Shown one piece after another: positions 35,486-44,991 of a stretch of 58,373 nucleotides of DNA; the first letter of the stretch is position 1, and every line of letters starts with the position of its first letter. The notes below the pieces were generated by a model. The model saw only the letters and a list, made by a program, of their open reading frames with translations, had not been told where the DNA came from and did no database searches. Origin of the DNA: Candidatus Woesearchaeota archaeon (GTDB lineage Archaea > Nanobdellota > Nanobdellia > Woesearchaeales > GW2011-AR4); assembly GCA_018303685.1 (NCBI GenBank), contig JAGVXS010000001.1:1-58373 (forward strand), read 5' to 3'. The position numbers and the translations under genes are program-made.

Positions 35486-38400
35486 ATGGCAAGCGAAGAA
35501 GAGTGCAAGAAGGAATTGGCAAAAAGCATAGATTCTGCATATAAATCCGCAAATCTTGCAAGGGCAAAAGGCTACGACCCTGAAAGCACAGTAAACATAC
35601 CTCTTGCAAAAAACATGGCAGAAAGGGTTGAGGGGCTGGTGAGTGTTGCAGTACCCCAAATCATGAACTGTGGCATACCGAAAAGAATCAAAGAGCTTGA
35701 ATCAGCCTACGGAAAACTGGATTGGAGAGTTGCTCTGACGATTGCGCTGGAAACAGCGCAGCAAAAATTCTGCAGGCTTGAGACACAAAAAGAGGCGATA
35801 GAGGCAGGCATAAGAATCGGGCTGGCTTACCTGACTCTTGGCGTTGTTGCGTCGCCGCTTGAGGGCTTTGTCGGCCTGAAAATAAGAAAAAGGAAAGATG
35901 GAAAAGAATACTTTGCGCTCATGTACTCCGGGCCGATAAGAAGCGCAGGCGGCACAGCAGGGGCGCTAAGCGTAGTCATTGCAGATTACATAAGAAAGCA
36001 GACAGGATACAGCGCTTATGACCCCTCGGAAAAGGAGGTCAGGAGGATGGTGTCTGAGCTTTATGATTACCATGAAAGGGTCACCAACCTGCAGTACCTG
36101 CCAAGCGAAAAGGAAATAAGGTTCCTTGTCACCAACCTGCCTGTCCAGATAGACGGCGATGCGTCAGAAGACATAGAAGTCTCGAATCACAAGGACATCG
36201 ACAGGATTGAGACAAACAGGATAAGGAGCGGACCGTGCCTTGTTTTGGGGGAGTGCGTTGCGCAAAAGGCAGTCAAGGTATGGAGCCAGCTCAAGAAATG
36301 GAGCAGTGAATTCGGGCTCGGGCACTGGGAATTTCTCCAAGAATTTGTGAAATTGCAGAAGGAGATAAAGACAAGGGAAAAGCCCGCAAAAAAAGGAATT
36401 ACCCCTGTCTATACATACATACAGGACCTTGTTGCAGGCAGGCCTGTACTGACACATCCTCTTGCTTTTGGAGGTTTTAGATTAAGGTACGGAAGGTGCA
36501 GGACATCAGGATACTCAGCATCAGCAATCCATCCTGCGACAATGACAATCCTGAACAAGTACATTGCAATAGGCACCCAGCTCAAGGTTGAGAGGCCTGG
36601 CAAGGCTACGGCAGTTACAGTATGCGATTTTATAGAGGGGCCGATTGTCAAGCTTAATGACGGCAGCGTGCTCAGAATTGACACAGAGCAAAAGGCAAAG
36701 CAGTTTGTAAACTCTGTCAAGGAGATACTTTTTCTCGGGGACATCCTGTTCAATTACGGCGATTTTTTCAACAGGGCGCACCAGCTTGCGCCCGCAGGCT
36801 ACTGTGAGGAGTGGTGGTCGCTTGAGGCTGAAAAGGCTGTTGTGAACCTGTTCGGCTCTTTGGATTATTACAAGGCGTCGCAGCTATCAGGAATAGCGCA
36901 GGAGCACATTGAACAGATTATAGGAGATTATTTTTCTGCCAAGCCCGATGCAAAAACCGCAATTGCAATAAGCAAAACATTTTCAATCCCGCTGCACCCC
37001 TTGTTCACGTACCATTGGAGGGCAGTTTCAAGAGAGGAATTTCTCGAAGTGCTGAAATGGCTTTTGTCTGCAAAGACAGAGTTTGACGGGAGCGGCATAA
37101 TCAAGGTCATACTGCCAAAAAATGAAGTCGGCAAAAGGGTGCTGGAGCTTACGGGAATTCCGCACCTTTATGTGAACAACGAACTTACAATCATAGAAAA
37201 AGATGACGCAGCAATACTGCAGGCTGTGCTGAAGCTTGGTGAAAAGAATTTTTATGAGCAGTACAAAAACACCCAAATAGAGGATGTACTCGACCTTATA
37301 AACAGTTTATCCGGGATAAAGCTGAGGGATAAGTCAGGCACATTCATAGGGGCCAGGATGGGCAGGCCTGAAAAGGCAAAGGTTAGGAAGCTTGACGGCG
37401 ACCCCCACACTTTGTTTCCTGTAGGAAAGGAAGGCGGCAAGATGCGCTCGTTCCAGAGCGCAATGGAGCACGGCTTTGTTGACTCTGATTTTCCCGTTTA
37501 TTTCTGCAAAAACTGCAGTAGGGAGACTATCTTCAGCGTGTGCGAGCAATGCGACTCAAAAACAGCAGGATATTGCGGCGTTTGCGGCAAGCTTAAAGAT
37601 GATTGCAATCATACAGGTACTATACAGCACAAGCAGCAGAGAATAGACCTCAGGCATTATTTTGGAAATGTGCTCAAGAAGCTCGGCATGCAGCAGTACC
37701 CAGACCTGATAAAGGGAGTGAGGGGCACCTCAAGCAAGAACCATATTCCGGAGCATTTCGCAAAGGGAATACTGAGGGCCAAGCACGACATTTCTGTAAA
37801 CAAGGACGGCACGACAAGATATGACATGACCCAGCTGCCGATAACACATTTCAAGCCATGCGAAATAGGGACATCTGTAGAGGAACTGAAGGAGCTTGGC
37901 TACGAGAAGGACGTGAACGGGAGTGAACTGACAAATACGGAGCAGGTGATTGAATTAAAGTTTCAGGACATCATACTGCCGAAATGCGAGGATGCCCCTG
38001 AACTTGGCGCAGACAAGATTCTGTATAAAGTAAGCCTGTTTATAGACGAGCTTTTAACTTCATTGTACGGCCAGGAAAAATTTTACAGGATGAAATCGGA
38101 AAAAGAGCTGACAGGGCAGCTTGTCGTGGCTTTGGCTCCGCATACGTCAGCAGGCATTGTCGGAAGGATCATAGGGTTTTCAAGGACGCAGGGGTTTTAC
38201 GCGCATCCGTTGTTCCATGCAGCTACAAGAAGGGACTGCGATGGGGATGAGGCGTCTGTAACACTTTTGATGGATGCCCTGCTGAATTTCTCAAGGGAGT
38301 TCCTTCCTGACTCAAGGGGTTCAACTCAGGATGCTCCGCTGGTTTTGACATCCATACTCGTGCCGACAGAGGTTGATGACATGGCGTTTGACATGGATGT

Positions 38401-38983
38401 TGCAAAGAGGTATCCAATCGAGTTTTACGAGGCAGCCCAAAACTATGAAATGCCCTGGAATGTGAAGGTTGACAGGCTTGCAGGGCTGCTGCATTCTGAA
38501 AAAACAGGAGGTATATTTTACACCCATCCTGTGTCAAGCATCAACATGGGTGTCAGGTGCTCATCATATAAAACAATCCCGTCAATGGAGGACAAGCTGA
38601 AAGGGCAGATGGAACTGGCTGACAAGATAAGGGCTGTTGATGCAGCGGATGTGGCAAGGCTTGTCATAGAGAAGCATTTGCTAAGGGATATCAAAGGAAA
38701 CCTAAGGAAATTCTCGCAGCAGCAGTTTAGGTGCAGCAAGTGCACCGAGAAGTACAGAAGGCCGCCTTTGGCAGGGAAATGCCTTGCATGCGGCGGAAGG
38801 CTCATATTCACAGTCACAGAAGGTGCCATAGTCAAGTATTTAGAGCCGGCAATATCGCTGTCTGAAAAATACAATCTGCCTCCTTACCTGAAACAGGTTT
38901 TATTATTGACAAAAGACAGGGTTGAAGGAGTTTTCGGAAGGGAAAAAGACAAGCAGGAAGGATTAGGGAGATGGTTTGGATGA
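35486..38983 (+). CDS. polC: DNA polymerase II (PolD) large catalytic subunit DP2
   Basis: 1165 aa with DP2 hallmarks (GRP.K., RRDCDGDE, cysteine clusters CKNC..C..C and C.KC..CGG). The length argues against an intein. Confidence 0.92.
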   Translation: MASEEECKKELAKSIDSAYKSANLARAKGYDPESTVNIPLAKNMAERVEGLVSVAVPQIMNCGIPKRIKELESAYGKLDWRVALTIALETAQQKFCRLETQKEAIEAGIRIGLAYLTLGVVASPLEGFVGLKIRKRKDGKEYFALMYSGPIRSAGGTAGALSVVIADYIRKQTGYSAYDPSEKEVRRMVSELYDYHERVTNLQYLPSEKEIRFLVTNLPVQIDGDASEDIEVSNHKDIDRIETNRIRSGPCLVLGECVAQKAVKVWSQLKKWSSEFGLGHWEFLQEFVKLQKEIKTREKPAKKGITPVYTYIQDLVAGRPVLTHPLAFGGFRLRYGRCRTSGYSASAIHPATMTILNKYIAIGTQLKVERPGKATAVTVCDFIEGPIVKLNDGSVLRIDTEQKAKQFVNSVKEILFLGDILFNYGDFFNRAHQLAPAGYCEEWWSLEAEKAVVNLFGSLDYYKASQLSGIAQEHIEQIIGDYFSAKPDAKTAIAISKTFSIPLHPLFTYHWRAVSREEFLEVLKWLLSAKTEFDGSGIIKVILPKNEVGKRVLELTGIPHLYVNNELTIIEKDDAAILQAVLKLGEKNFYEQYKNTQIEDVLDLINSLSGIKLRDKSGTFIGARMGRPEKAKVRKLDGDPHTLFPVGKEGGKMRSFQSAMEHGFVDSDFPVYFCKNCSRETIFSVCEQCDSKTAGYCGVCGKLKDDCNHTGTIQHKQQRIDLRHYFGNVLKKLGMQQYPDLIKGVRGTSSKNHIPEHFAKGILRAKHDISVNKDGTTRYDMTQLPITHFKPCEIGTSVEELKELGYEKDVNGSELTNTEQVIELKFQDIILPKCEDAPELGADKILYKVSLFIDELLTSLYGQEKFYRMKSEKELTGQLVVALAPHTSAGIVGRIIGFSRTQGFYAHPLFHAATRRDCDGDEASVTLLMDALLNFSREFLPDSRGSTQDAPLVLTSILVPTEVDDMAFDMDVAKRYPIEFYEAAQNYEMPWNVKVDRLAGLLHSEKTGGIFYTHPVSSINMGVRCSSYKTIPSMEDKLKGQMELADKIRAVDAADVARLVIEKHLLRDIKGNLRKFSQQQFRCSKCTEKYRRPPLAGKCLACGGRLIFTVTEGAIVKYLEPAISLSEKYNLPPYLKQVLLLTKDRVEGVFGREKDKQEGLGRWFG

Positions 38984-38994
38984 AAATAAAGAAT

Positions 38995-39393
38995 TTATTT
39001 TAACTTAAGGAATTCCTCTGGAGTTATTATTTTAATTCCTCTGAATTCCCTTAACTTTAATAAATGGTTATCTTGCGAAACTATATAATCAACACTTCCA
39101 GCTACGGCAGTTTCAATGAAAATATTGTCTTTTGAGTCGTCTTTAATTATTGATATTTTTTCTTTTGGCTCTACAATTATAGAATTTCTTACAATTAAAT
39201 CAACCCATTCCTTAATCATATCGTCTGAAAGCTTGATTTTAAAATCCTTGAGAACTTTTATTATTTCTGAAACTGCTTCCAAAGAAGTTACTAGTGTAAA
39301 TTTACCATTTCTCCAGTCGGTTAGTACTTTGTTAGAGCTTCCTTTCCAGAAAATGCCAGAAATAAACACATTCGTGTCCAGAACCACCATCAT
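38995..39393 (-). CDS. vapC: PIN-domain toxin (VapC-like)
   Basis: The MVVLDTNVFISG start is the first acidic residue of the PIN domain. 132 aa; 4-nt overlap with the upstream antitoxin gene. Confidence 0.8.
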   Translation of the reverse strand: MMVVLDTNVFISGIFWKGSSNKVLTDWRNGKFTLVTSLEAVSEIIKVLKDFKIKLSDDMIKEWVDLIVRNSIIVEPKEKISIIKDDSKDNIFIETAVAGSVDYIVSQDNHLLKLREFRGIKIITPEEFLKLK

Positions 39394-39647
39394 TTTCTGA
39401 CTCTCTTTATGGCACTTTCAACATCAGCTTTAGTTATACCTTTCTCTTTTGCAAACTGCTGTGTTTTTTTAATTAATTTACCAAAGTTTTTGAAGGAAGG
39501 CATAGTTACTTTTTTCAATATAACTGTGTCATCTTCCCCTACCACGACAAATTTTTCCCCTTCCTTTAGCCCAAGCTGCTCCCTTATATCCAAAGGTATA
39601 ACTACCTGCCCCCTTGAACTCATGCTTGTTATTTCCAGTTTTTCCAT
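39390..39647 (-). CDS. vapB: AbrB/SpoVT-MazE-type antitoxin (VapB-like)
   Basis: SSRGQVVIPLDIREQLGLKEGEKFVV is a swapped-hairpin AbrB-fold motif. 85 aa. Confidence 0.8.
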   Translation of the reverse strand: MEKLEITSMSSRGQVVIPLDIREQLGLKEGEKFVVVGEDDTVILKKVTMPSFKNFGKLIKKTQQFAKEKGITKADVESAIKRVRK

Positions 39648-39664
39648 TTTGCTTGCCTCCTTGA

Positions 39665-39694
39665 TAAGAATATCTTACTAGTAAGAATATCTTA
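39665..39694. promoter_or_regulatory. Direct repeat 2 x 13 bp (taagaatatctta, period 17) upstream of vapB; candidate antitoxin operator
   Basis: Read directly at 39665-39677 and 39682-39694, 18-47 nt upstream of the vapB start. Each unit is a near-palindrome. Confidence 0.5.
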
Positions 39695-39779
39695 TATATA
39701 AATGTTGTGAATTTATTGACGTTTTTCCCAGAAAAATTTAAATACAAGATGGCTGATATTAAACATATGGTGTGAATTT

Positions 39780-40121
39780 ATGCCACGAGATATTTTTGGA
39801 AGATTAATCAAATCAGACATTTTTGGTAGGAAGATTTCTAAAAAACAAATCAAAAGGGAAGTAATAAATGAAAATAGAAGAAGAGGACAAGCTGCTGAAG
39901 ATGCCTATGTAATGAAAGCAAGATTATCTGGTTATGAAGTTGAAAGAACTGGGAAGGGGCATGATTTTAGGGTTAGAAAAAGAGACCCATTCACAGGAAA
40001 AGTTACATATAGTGGTGTGAGAGAAATTAAATCTGGAAATGCTAAACTTTCTAAACTTCAACAAAAAACAAAGAAAAAGCAATCAAACTATAAAGTGATT
40101 AGAGAAAGCAGTTTGTGGTAA
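39780..40121 (+). CDS. Small Hjc/PD-(D/E)XK-like nuclease-fold protein with Lys-rich tail
   Basis: GQAAEDAYV..L..GYEVERTGKGHDFRV......VREIKSGNAKLSKLQ gives an E...D...E-x-K arrangement like archaeal Holliday-junction resolvases. The N-terminus has a duplicated DIFGR. Confidence 0.45.
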   Translation: MPRDIFGRLIKSDIFGRKISKKQIKREVINENRRRGQAAEDAYVMKARLSGYEVERTGKGHDFRVRKRDPFTGKVTYSGVREIKSGNAKLSKLQQKTKKKQSNYKVIRESSLW

Positions 40122-40200
40122 TAAAAATACCAATTTTTAGCGAATTATAGAACAAAAATAAAAAGACCTATAAAATTTAAGATTCTATCAAGAAACTCAG

Positions 40201-40830
40201 TTAGAAAAAGTTTATTTTTATTCCTGATGAAAATTCAGATACTTTAATTGATTTGGTCTTAAACTTATCCTTGAAATAAATTTTCAAAATATAATCCCCT
40301 TTTGAGATAGTATCCAAAGCAATTGTGCCATACTCTGATGTTTTCCCTTTAAATAATACACTACCATCTTGGAGTATTTCATAATTTTTATTTTTTAATT
40401 TAAATAACCAAAATCGCGTTACAGAAATACCTAAAATACAGCCTAAAATATCTTGTTTAAAAAAGGATTCAATTTCATCATGGAATTTATTACATATTCC
40501 AAATATTTCATCTTGAGGTTCAAAATTATAAAAAGAAGTCAAAAATACATCTTGATAAATCTTTTTTAATTCTTTAATGGTTTCACTTTTAGTGTCGCTG
40601 CTTTCAATTCTTTCTCTTACCCCTCCAGAATAGAATGATAATCTTGCAATAAAATCAGCTTGAGCTTCTTTAAATTCATAAGATGGATAGAAAAAACATC
40701 TTTCTAAGTACCAATAATGTCTTAATACTTTTTCTTTTTCTCCAAGTAATTTAACAAGCTTACTTATTTTTGGTGACAATATTTGGTAAAGTAAATGATG
40801 CTTATCCATTTTCTCACCCCTTTGGAACAT
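40201..40830 (-). CDS. Hypothetical protein (209 aa), no recognisable family
   Basis: Long AT-rich ORF. The start may be the internal MDKHH (40809). Confidence 0.45.
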   Translation of the reverse strand: MFQRGEKMDKHHLLYQILSPKISKLVKLLGEKEKVLRHYWYLERCFFYPSYEFKEAQADFIARLSFYSGGVRERIESSDTKSETIKELKKIYQDVFLTSFYNFEPQDEIFGICNKFHDEIESFFKQDILGCILGISVTRFWLFKLKNKNYEILQDGSVLFKGKTSEYGTIALDTISKGDYILKIYFKDKFKTKSIKVSEFSSGIKINFF

Positions 40831-40957
40831 TCCAAATTGATAAATGTATAAACTTTTCTATTTTTAAGTCGTAGGTTTTATCGCCCTTTGTTGTTTTAGC
40901 CCAAAAAATTATTGATTTTAACAACTATTATAACCAGTTTAAAAGAAATCCAAAATC

Positions 40958-41371
40958 CTATATCTTCGCCTTGACAATGTTCTTCGCCCCGCACGCGGTG
41001 CACTTCATGTAAGTAAGCTCGCCTTCCCTTACGATTGCAGTATCTGGCTTGCCGCACTCGAAGCAAAGGACAAACTCGTTTGCGTACTGCCTTATCTTGT
41101 CGTTAATCCTTGAGGCAGGCACTTTTGTGCCCAGAATCAATGCCCCTGATTTCTTTACCTCGCCGGGGGTTGCAAGCTCTTTAAGCACATACTTGAGCAA
41201 ATGGCTTGCATCCCTTCTCAAAGAAGATGCTATCTGGAGGAAATTTGTGATTATTGTGCGGTTGCCCTGTACGTGCCCCAGCGCTTTCGGTATCTCAAAC
41301 CTTTCCTTGATGAATACAACCTCAGGAAGGCTTTTTCTTACATCCTCAAGCATGTCCTTGTAATCTTCCAT
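40958..41371 (-). CDS. eif2b: Translation initiation factor aIF2 beta subunit
   Basis: RFEIPK..........T.I.NF..IA..L.R....L.KY...ELGT and a C-terminal zinc ribbon C.ECG.PDT....E.......C.ACGA. ATG 41371 fits TATA 41394-41401. Confidence 0.9.
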   Translation of the reverse strand: MEDYKDMLEDVRKSLPEVVFIKERFEIPKALGHVQGNRTIITNFLQIASSLRRDASHLLKYVLKELATPGEVKKSGALILGTKVPASRINDKIRQYANEFVLCFECGKPDTAIVREGELTYMKCTACGAKNIVKAKI

Positions 41372-41510
41372 ATAACAAAGGTAAACAACTTGGTTTATAA
41401 ATTTAATCAAAAGAAACTTTCCGCAAACCATCGAAAATCTGCTATTTTCAGGGTTTACAGAAAATAATTTTTCCGCAAACTATATAAACAAAATGCATAA
41501 GTAAAAATCC

Positions 41511-42362
41511 ATGGTAGTCGAGTCTTTGCTTGTGCCGTTCAAGGCTGAAAAAAGCCCGTGGAAAATGTTCTTTCTGGGATTTTTGTACACTTCAATAGGG
41601 ATATTCCTTGCCCTGTGGATTTTCAAAGACCAGGCAAGCCTTGTAATGGTTTTCATGATAACAATGGCTGCGCTGCCTGTGTTCTACAACACGATGAAGC
41701 TTGAGGAAAGCAAGGACATGCTCATAGGCAAAGAGTCTGCGCTTTTAAGGGAGCACAACAAGGCAATCTCATTTTTCATGTACATGTTCATAGGAATAAC
41801 CGTTGCGTGCGCATTGTGGTATGTCATACTTCCTGTGCCGACAATAAACAGCCTTTTTGACAAGCAAGTAGGCACAATACAGGCAATCAACAACAATGTG
41901 TCAGGAAATGTCATCCACAGCCTTAATACCTTCTGGAAAATATTCTTCAACAACTTCAAGGTGCTTGCATTTTCCATATTGTTTGCATTTGTCTACGGCG
42001 CAGGCGCAATATTCATACTCGCGTGGAATGCGACTGTCATAGGCGCTGCAATAGGGAACTTCATCAGGGTGAACATAAGCAGCTATACAAGCTCGTTTGG
42101 GCTGCTGGAGGCAGGCAACTACTTCCATGTCGTTTCATTGGGATTGCTCAAGTACTCGATTCACGGAATCCCGGAAATTGCAGCGTACTTCTATGGCGGG
42201 CTGGCAGGGGGAATCCTCTCTGTTGCCCTTATAAGAAAACATTTCAAGTCGGAGAAATTCCCCAACATCATGATAGACTTCTCAGAGCTGGTTTTAATCT
42301 CTGTGGGATTTCTGGTTGCAGCGGCGTTTCTGGAAGTTTATGTTACCCCCGTGCTATTCTAG
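41511..42362 (+). CDS. SpoIIM/DUF95-family integral membrane protein
   Basis: Multi-TM protein with the characteristic NN.KV.......G...G..........N....G and HGIPEI motifs. Confidence 0.7.
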   Translation: MVVESLLVPFKAEKSPWKMFFLGFLYTSIGIFLALWIFKDQASLVMVFMITMAALPVFYNTMKLEESKDMLIGKESALLREHNKAISFFMYMFIGITVACALWYVILPVPTINSLFDKQVGTIQAINNNVSGNVIHSLNTFWKIFFNNFKVLAFSILFAFVYGAGAIFILAWNATVIGAAIGNFIRVNISSYTSSFGLLEAGNYFHVVSLGLLKYSIHGIPEIAAYFYGGLAGGILSVALIRKHFKSEKFPNIMIDFSELVLISVGFLVAAAFLEVYVTPVLF

Positions 42363-42968
42363 GACTTTCAGCCTGCCGGGCTTTATCTCGAATATGTCGC
42401 CGCTCTCAAGCAATTTGTTTATGATGAATTCAGCGCTTTTGTCTTTTGAGCTTTTGATGACATCATCAACAGAAACACCATCTCCATTGTCAAGGCTCTT
42501 TATCAATGAATAAATCTCGTCATTTACAGGAACCTCTTCAACATCATGAGCCATGGCTTTTGCATTTTCGCCAGCAGCATGCATATCTTTCAGCTCAAGC
42601 TTCCTCACATTCATCCATGCAGCATCAATCTTCCTGATAATCTCGGGCATGACATATTTCTCATCGTTAAAGCTCCTTATCTTGCCTATCACCAATACAA
42701 AGTCGCCAACATCTGCCTTTGAGAAAACACCAATATTTTCAAAAGCCCTCAGTGATATTTTTCCTGTGCCGTCGTCTATGACAGCGCCTGCATAAGCGCC
42801 CTCGGACTTGTGGACAACAGCCCCGAGCATGCTGACTCTTGATATATTCAAGCCGCCCACTTTGATAAATCCCGCGGAAGAATCGTCCCTTGCGAAATCC
42901 GCCTGAAGTATATCAGAAATCCTAGCTTTGCGGGCAACTAATCTTTTCTGGAATTGAATATCGGGCAT
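42354..42968 (-). CDS. RPA32/Stn1-like OB-fold protein with C-terminal winged helix, co-operonic with mcm
   Basis: OB-fold pattern (ISRVSMLGAVV....GAYAGAVIDDGTGKISLRAF......VGDFVLVIGKIR) and a wHTH-like tail (GVSVDDVIKSS..AEFIINKLLESGDIFE). Its ATG lies 1 nt after the mcm stop. Confidence 0.6.
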   Translation of the reverse strand: MPDIQFQKRLVARKARISDILQADFARDDSSAGFIKVGGLNISRVSMLGAVVHKSEGAYAGAVIDDGTGKISLRAFENIGVFSKADVGDFVLVIGKIRSFNDEKYVMPEIIRKIDAAWMNVRKLELKDMHAAGENAKAMAHDVEEVPVNDEIYSLIKSLDNGDGVSVDDVIKSSKDKSAEFIINKLLESGDIFEIKPGRLKVLE

Positions 42969-42969
42969 T

Positions 42970-44991
42970 TTATATTCTTGACAGGAACCCCCTTCTCGGC
43001 TCAAACACGTCACCAGATCTCTTTAACCTCTCCAAAGCTTCCTCAACCTTGTCCTCATCAAGCCCCCTGTTTTTGGCTTCTGCAACAACGTCATCTATCG
43101 GAATTGCCTTTCCGAGCTTTGTCTCAAGATCTCCAATAATATCTTTCAAGATTAATATATGGCTTCTTGAGGTTGCTGTTATTCCAGTTGCTATCCTGTC
43201 TATGTCTATCTTGCCTGTCTCCTTGTCAAAGCCAACCTGCATCAGGCAATAGTCAAGCAACTCAATGGCTTTTTTTGAATCCTTTCTTGTCACCCTGTCG
43301 TCGAGCCTTGCCCTTGCAGATGCCTCGCTCAGCCTCACCAGAGCCTCGAGCTGCCTTGCTGAAATCGGGATGGCCTTTATTCCGGCTTCGCTGCCGCCGC
43401 TTTTCCTCATTTTCAGGTAAAAATCCTTTATTTCCTCGAGCGCGCCGTCGGTCAGCTTTGGATTTACCCTTTGCCTTGCATAAGCGATGTATTTCTTCAG
43501 AATCTCTGTAGGTATTTCAGGCTCCTGTATATCCGGGCTTTGATGTAGTGTAAGAATGTGCTTTGCCATCTTTTCGTCTCTGGTTTCTTCAGGCAAGTCC
43601 TTTATTGGAAAAATTAAGTCAAACCTGTTGATAAGTGTAGGGGGCAAATCTATCTGATCAGCAATAATTCCATAAGGATCAAACCTCCCGAATTTTGGAT
43701 TAGCGGCGGCAAGCACAGTTGTCCTTGCAATCAAGGTTGCCTGAATGTTAGCCTTTGATATGCTCACAGTCTGGTTTTCAAGGGCTTCGTGCATCGCAGC
43801 CCTGTCTTCAGAGCTCATCTTGTCAAGCTCGTCAACACAAACCAGCCCGTCGCTGCTCAATACCATTGCCCCTGCTTCCAATGCCCAGCCGCTCAGGAAC
43901 TCGTCTCTTACAACAGCAGCTGTTATGCCTGCGCCGCTCACGCCTTTGCCGCTCACATAGCGCCCCTTCGGAGCAATCTGGGTTATTCTTTTCAGGAGTG
44001 CTGACTTGCCCGATCCCGGATCGCCAACCAGCAAAATATGCATATCACCCCTGCTCACAATTTTATCCATGCGCACTTTTCTCACGCCGCCCATCAGCTG
44101 GAGCAGCAAAGCTTCTTTTATCTTTTCGTAACCATAAATAGAAGGGGCAATTGAATTTACAAGCTTTTCGTAGCCTTTCGGATCGTTGGCAATCTCCAAA
44201 ATTTCTTTCTCCTCTTCTTCAGTTATCTCAACCTCATAAAATGTGCCCTCGACAGGCTTTATGTAATTGGCATCGACTATAAGGTCCAGCTTTGTTGACT
44301 TTGCTCCGCTCCTAGATATTATGGGAACTTCTTTTACTATCCCGACAACCTCAACCTTGCTTCCAGGGGAAGTTCTTTTTTCGCTTAAAGGGCTCACCAA
44401 GTCGTCTGTAAGAAGAACATTGATGCGCTTTGGCTGCTCCCCGCCTTCAAGATTTTCATGGGCTTCTTCAACTACAATCCCCTGCGCGTCCACCAGCTCT
44501 TTGTCAAGCATGACAAACTTGCCTTTCCTGCCGCAGCCGCACCTTGTGGGCTCCCTGAAAGTGCCTTCAAGCTGCAGCACGTTCATTATGTTGCCGCATA
44601 CAGGGCACTCAAACCTTGCTGATGTAACCTGGGGCCTGACATCGGATTTTCGCCTTATGACGCCCTCGATAAAAAAAAGCCGGTTTATATGCTTGCTTCT
44701 GATGTCCCTTATCATTATATTCTGGCTTGGGGGCAGGTTGTGAAACCTTATCTTGAAATTAGCCAGGCCGTCAACATCAAACTGCTCTATGGCCTTTTCA
44801 ATAGCCTTTATGGTTTCTTCGGGAGCGTCAAGAAGCTCTGTTGCCAAGTCAGGATCATACTTCGAAAGCTCCGAGAAGTCAATAAGTAGGGACTTGCTGC
44901 CCTTTCTTGCGTTTTCCAGCAAAGAATTATAGTAATTGCTGTCAATAAAGTCCTGAAACCTCTTTATCTGCTCAACAACATTTATTTCCAT
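42970..44991 (-). CDS. mcm: MCM replicative helicase
   Basis: Zinc finger C.VCG...C..GC, Walker A GDPGSGKS, Walker B VCVDELDKM, arginine finger SRFDL-like (NRFDLIF), and a C-terminal wH. TATA 45014-45021 favours ATG 44991 (alternative 44997). Confidence 0.93.
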   Translation of the reverse strand: MEINVVEQIKRFQDFIDSNYYNSLLENARKGSKSLLIDFSELSKYDPDLATELLDAPEETIKAIEKAIEQFDVDGLANFKIRFHNLPPSQNIMIRDIRSKHINRLFFIEGVIRRKSDVRPQVTSARFECPVCGNIMNVLQLEGTFREPTRCGCGRKGKFVMLDKELVDAQGIVVEEAHENLEGGEQPKRINVLLTDDLVSPLSEKRTSPGSKVEVVGIVKEVPIISRSGAKSTKLDLIVDANYIKPVEGTFYEVEITEEEEKEILEIANDPKGYEKLVNSIAPSIYGYEKIKEALLLQLMGGVRKVRMDKIVSRGDMHILLVGDPGSGKSALLKRITQIAPKGRYVSGKGVSGAGITAAVVRDEFLSGWALEAGAMVLSSDGLVCVDELDKMSSEDRAAMHEALENQTVSISKANIQATLIARTTVLAAANPKFGRFDPYGIIADQIDLPPTLINRFDLIFPIKDLPEETRDEKMAKHILTLHQSPDIQEPEIPTEILKKYIAYARQRVNPKLTDGALEEIKDFYLKMRKSGGSEAGIKAIPISARQLEALVRLSEASARARLDDRVTRKDSKKAIELLDYCLMQVGFDKETGKIDIDRIATGITATSRSHILILKDIIGDLETKLGKAIPIDDVVAEAKNRGLDEDKVEEALERLKRSGDVFEPRRGFLSRI

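Noticed and set aside
35486-44991. Inteins in PolD DP2, MCM or Cdc6
   Set aside because: The protein lengths (1165, about 673 and about 401 aa) are in the normal intein-free range, and I saw no Cys/Ser...HN-Cys/Ser/Thr splice-junction insertions interrupting the conserved motifs.
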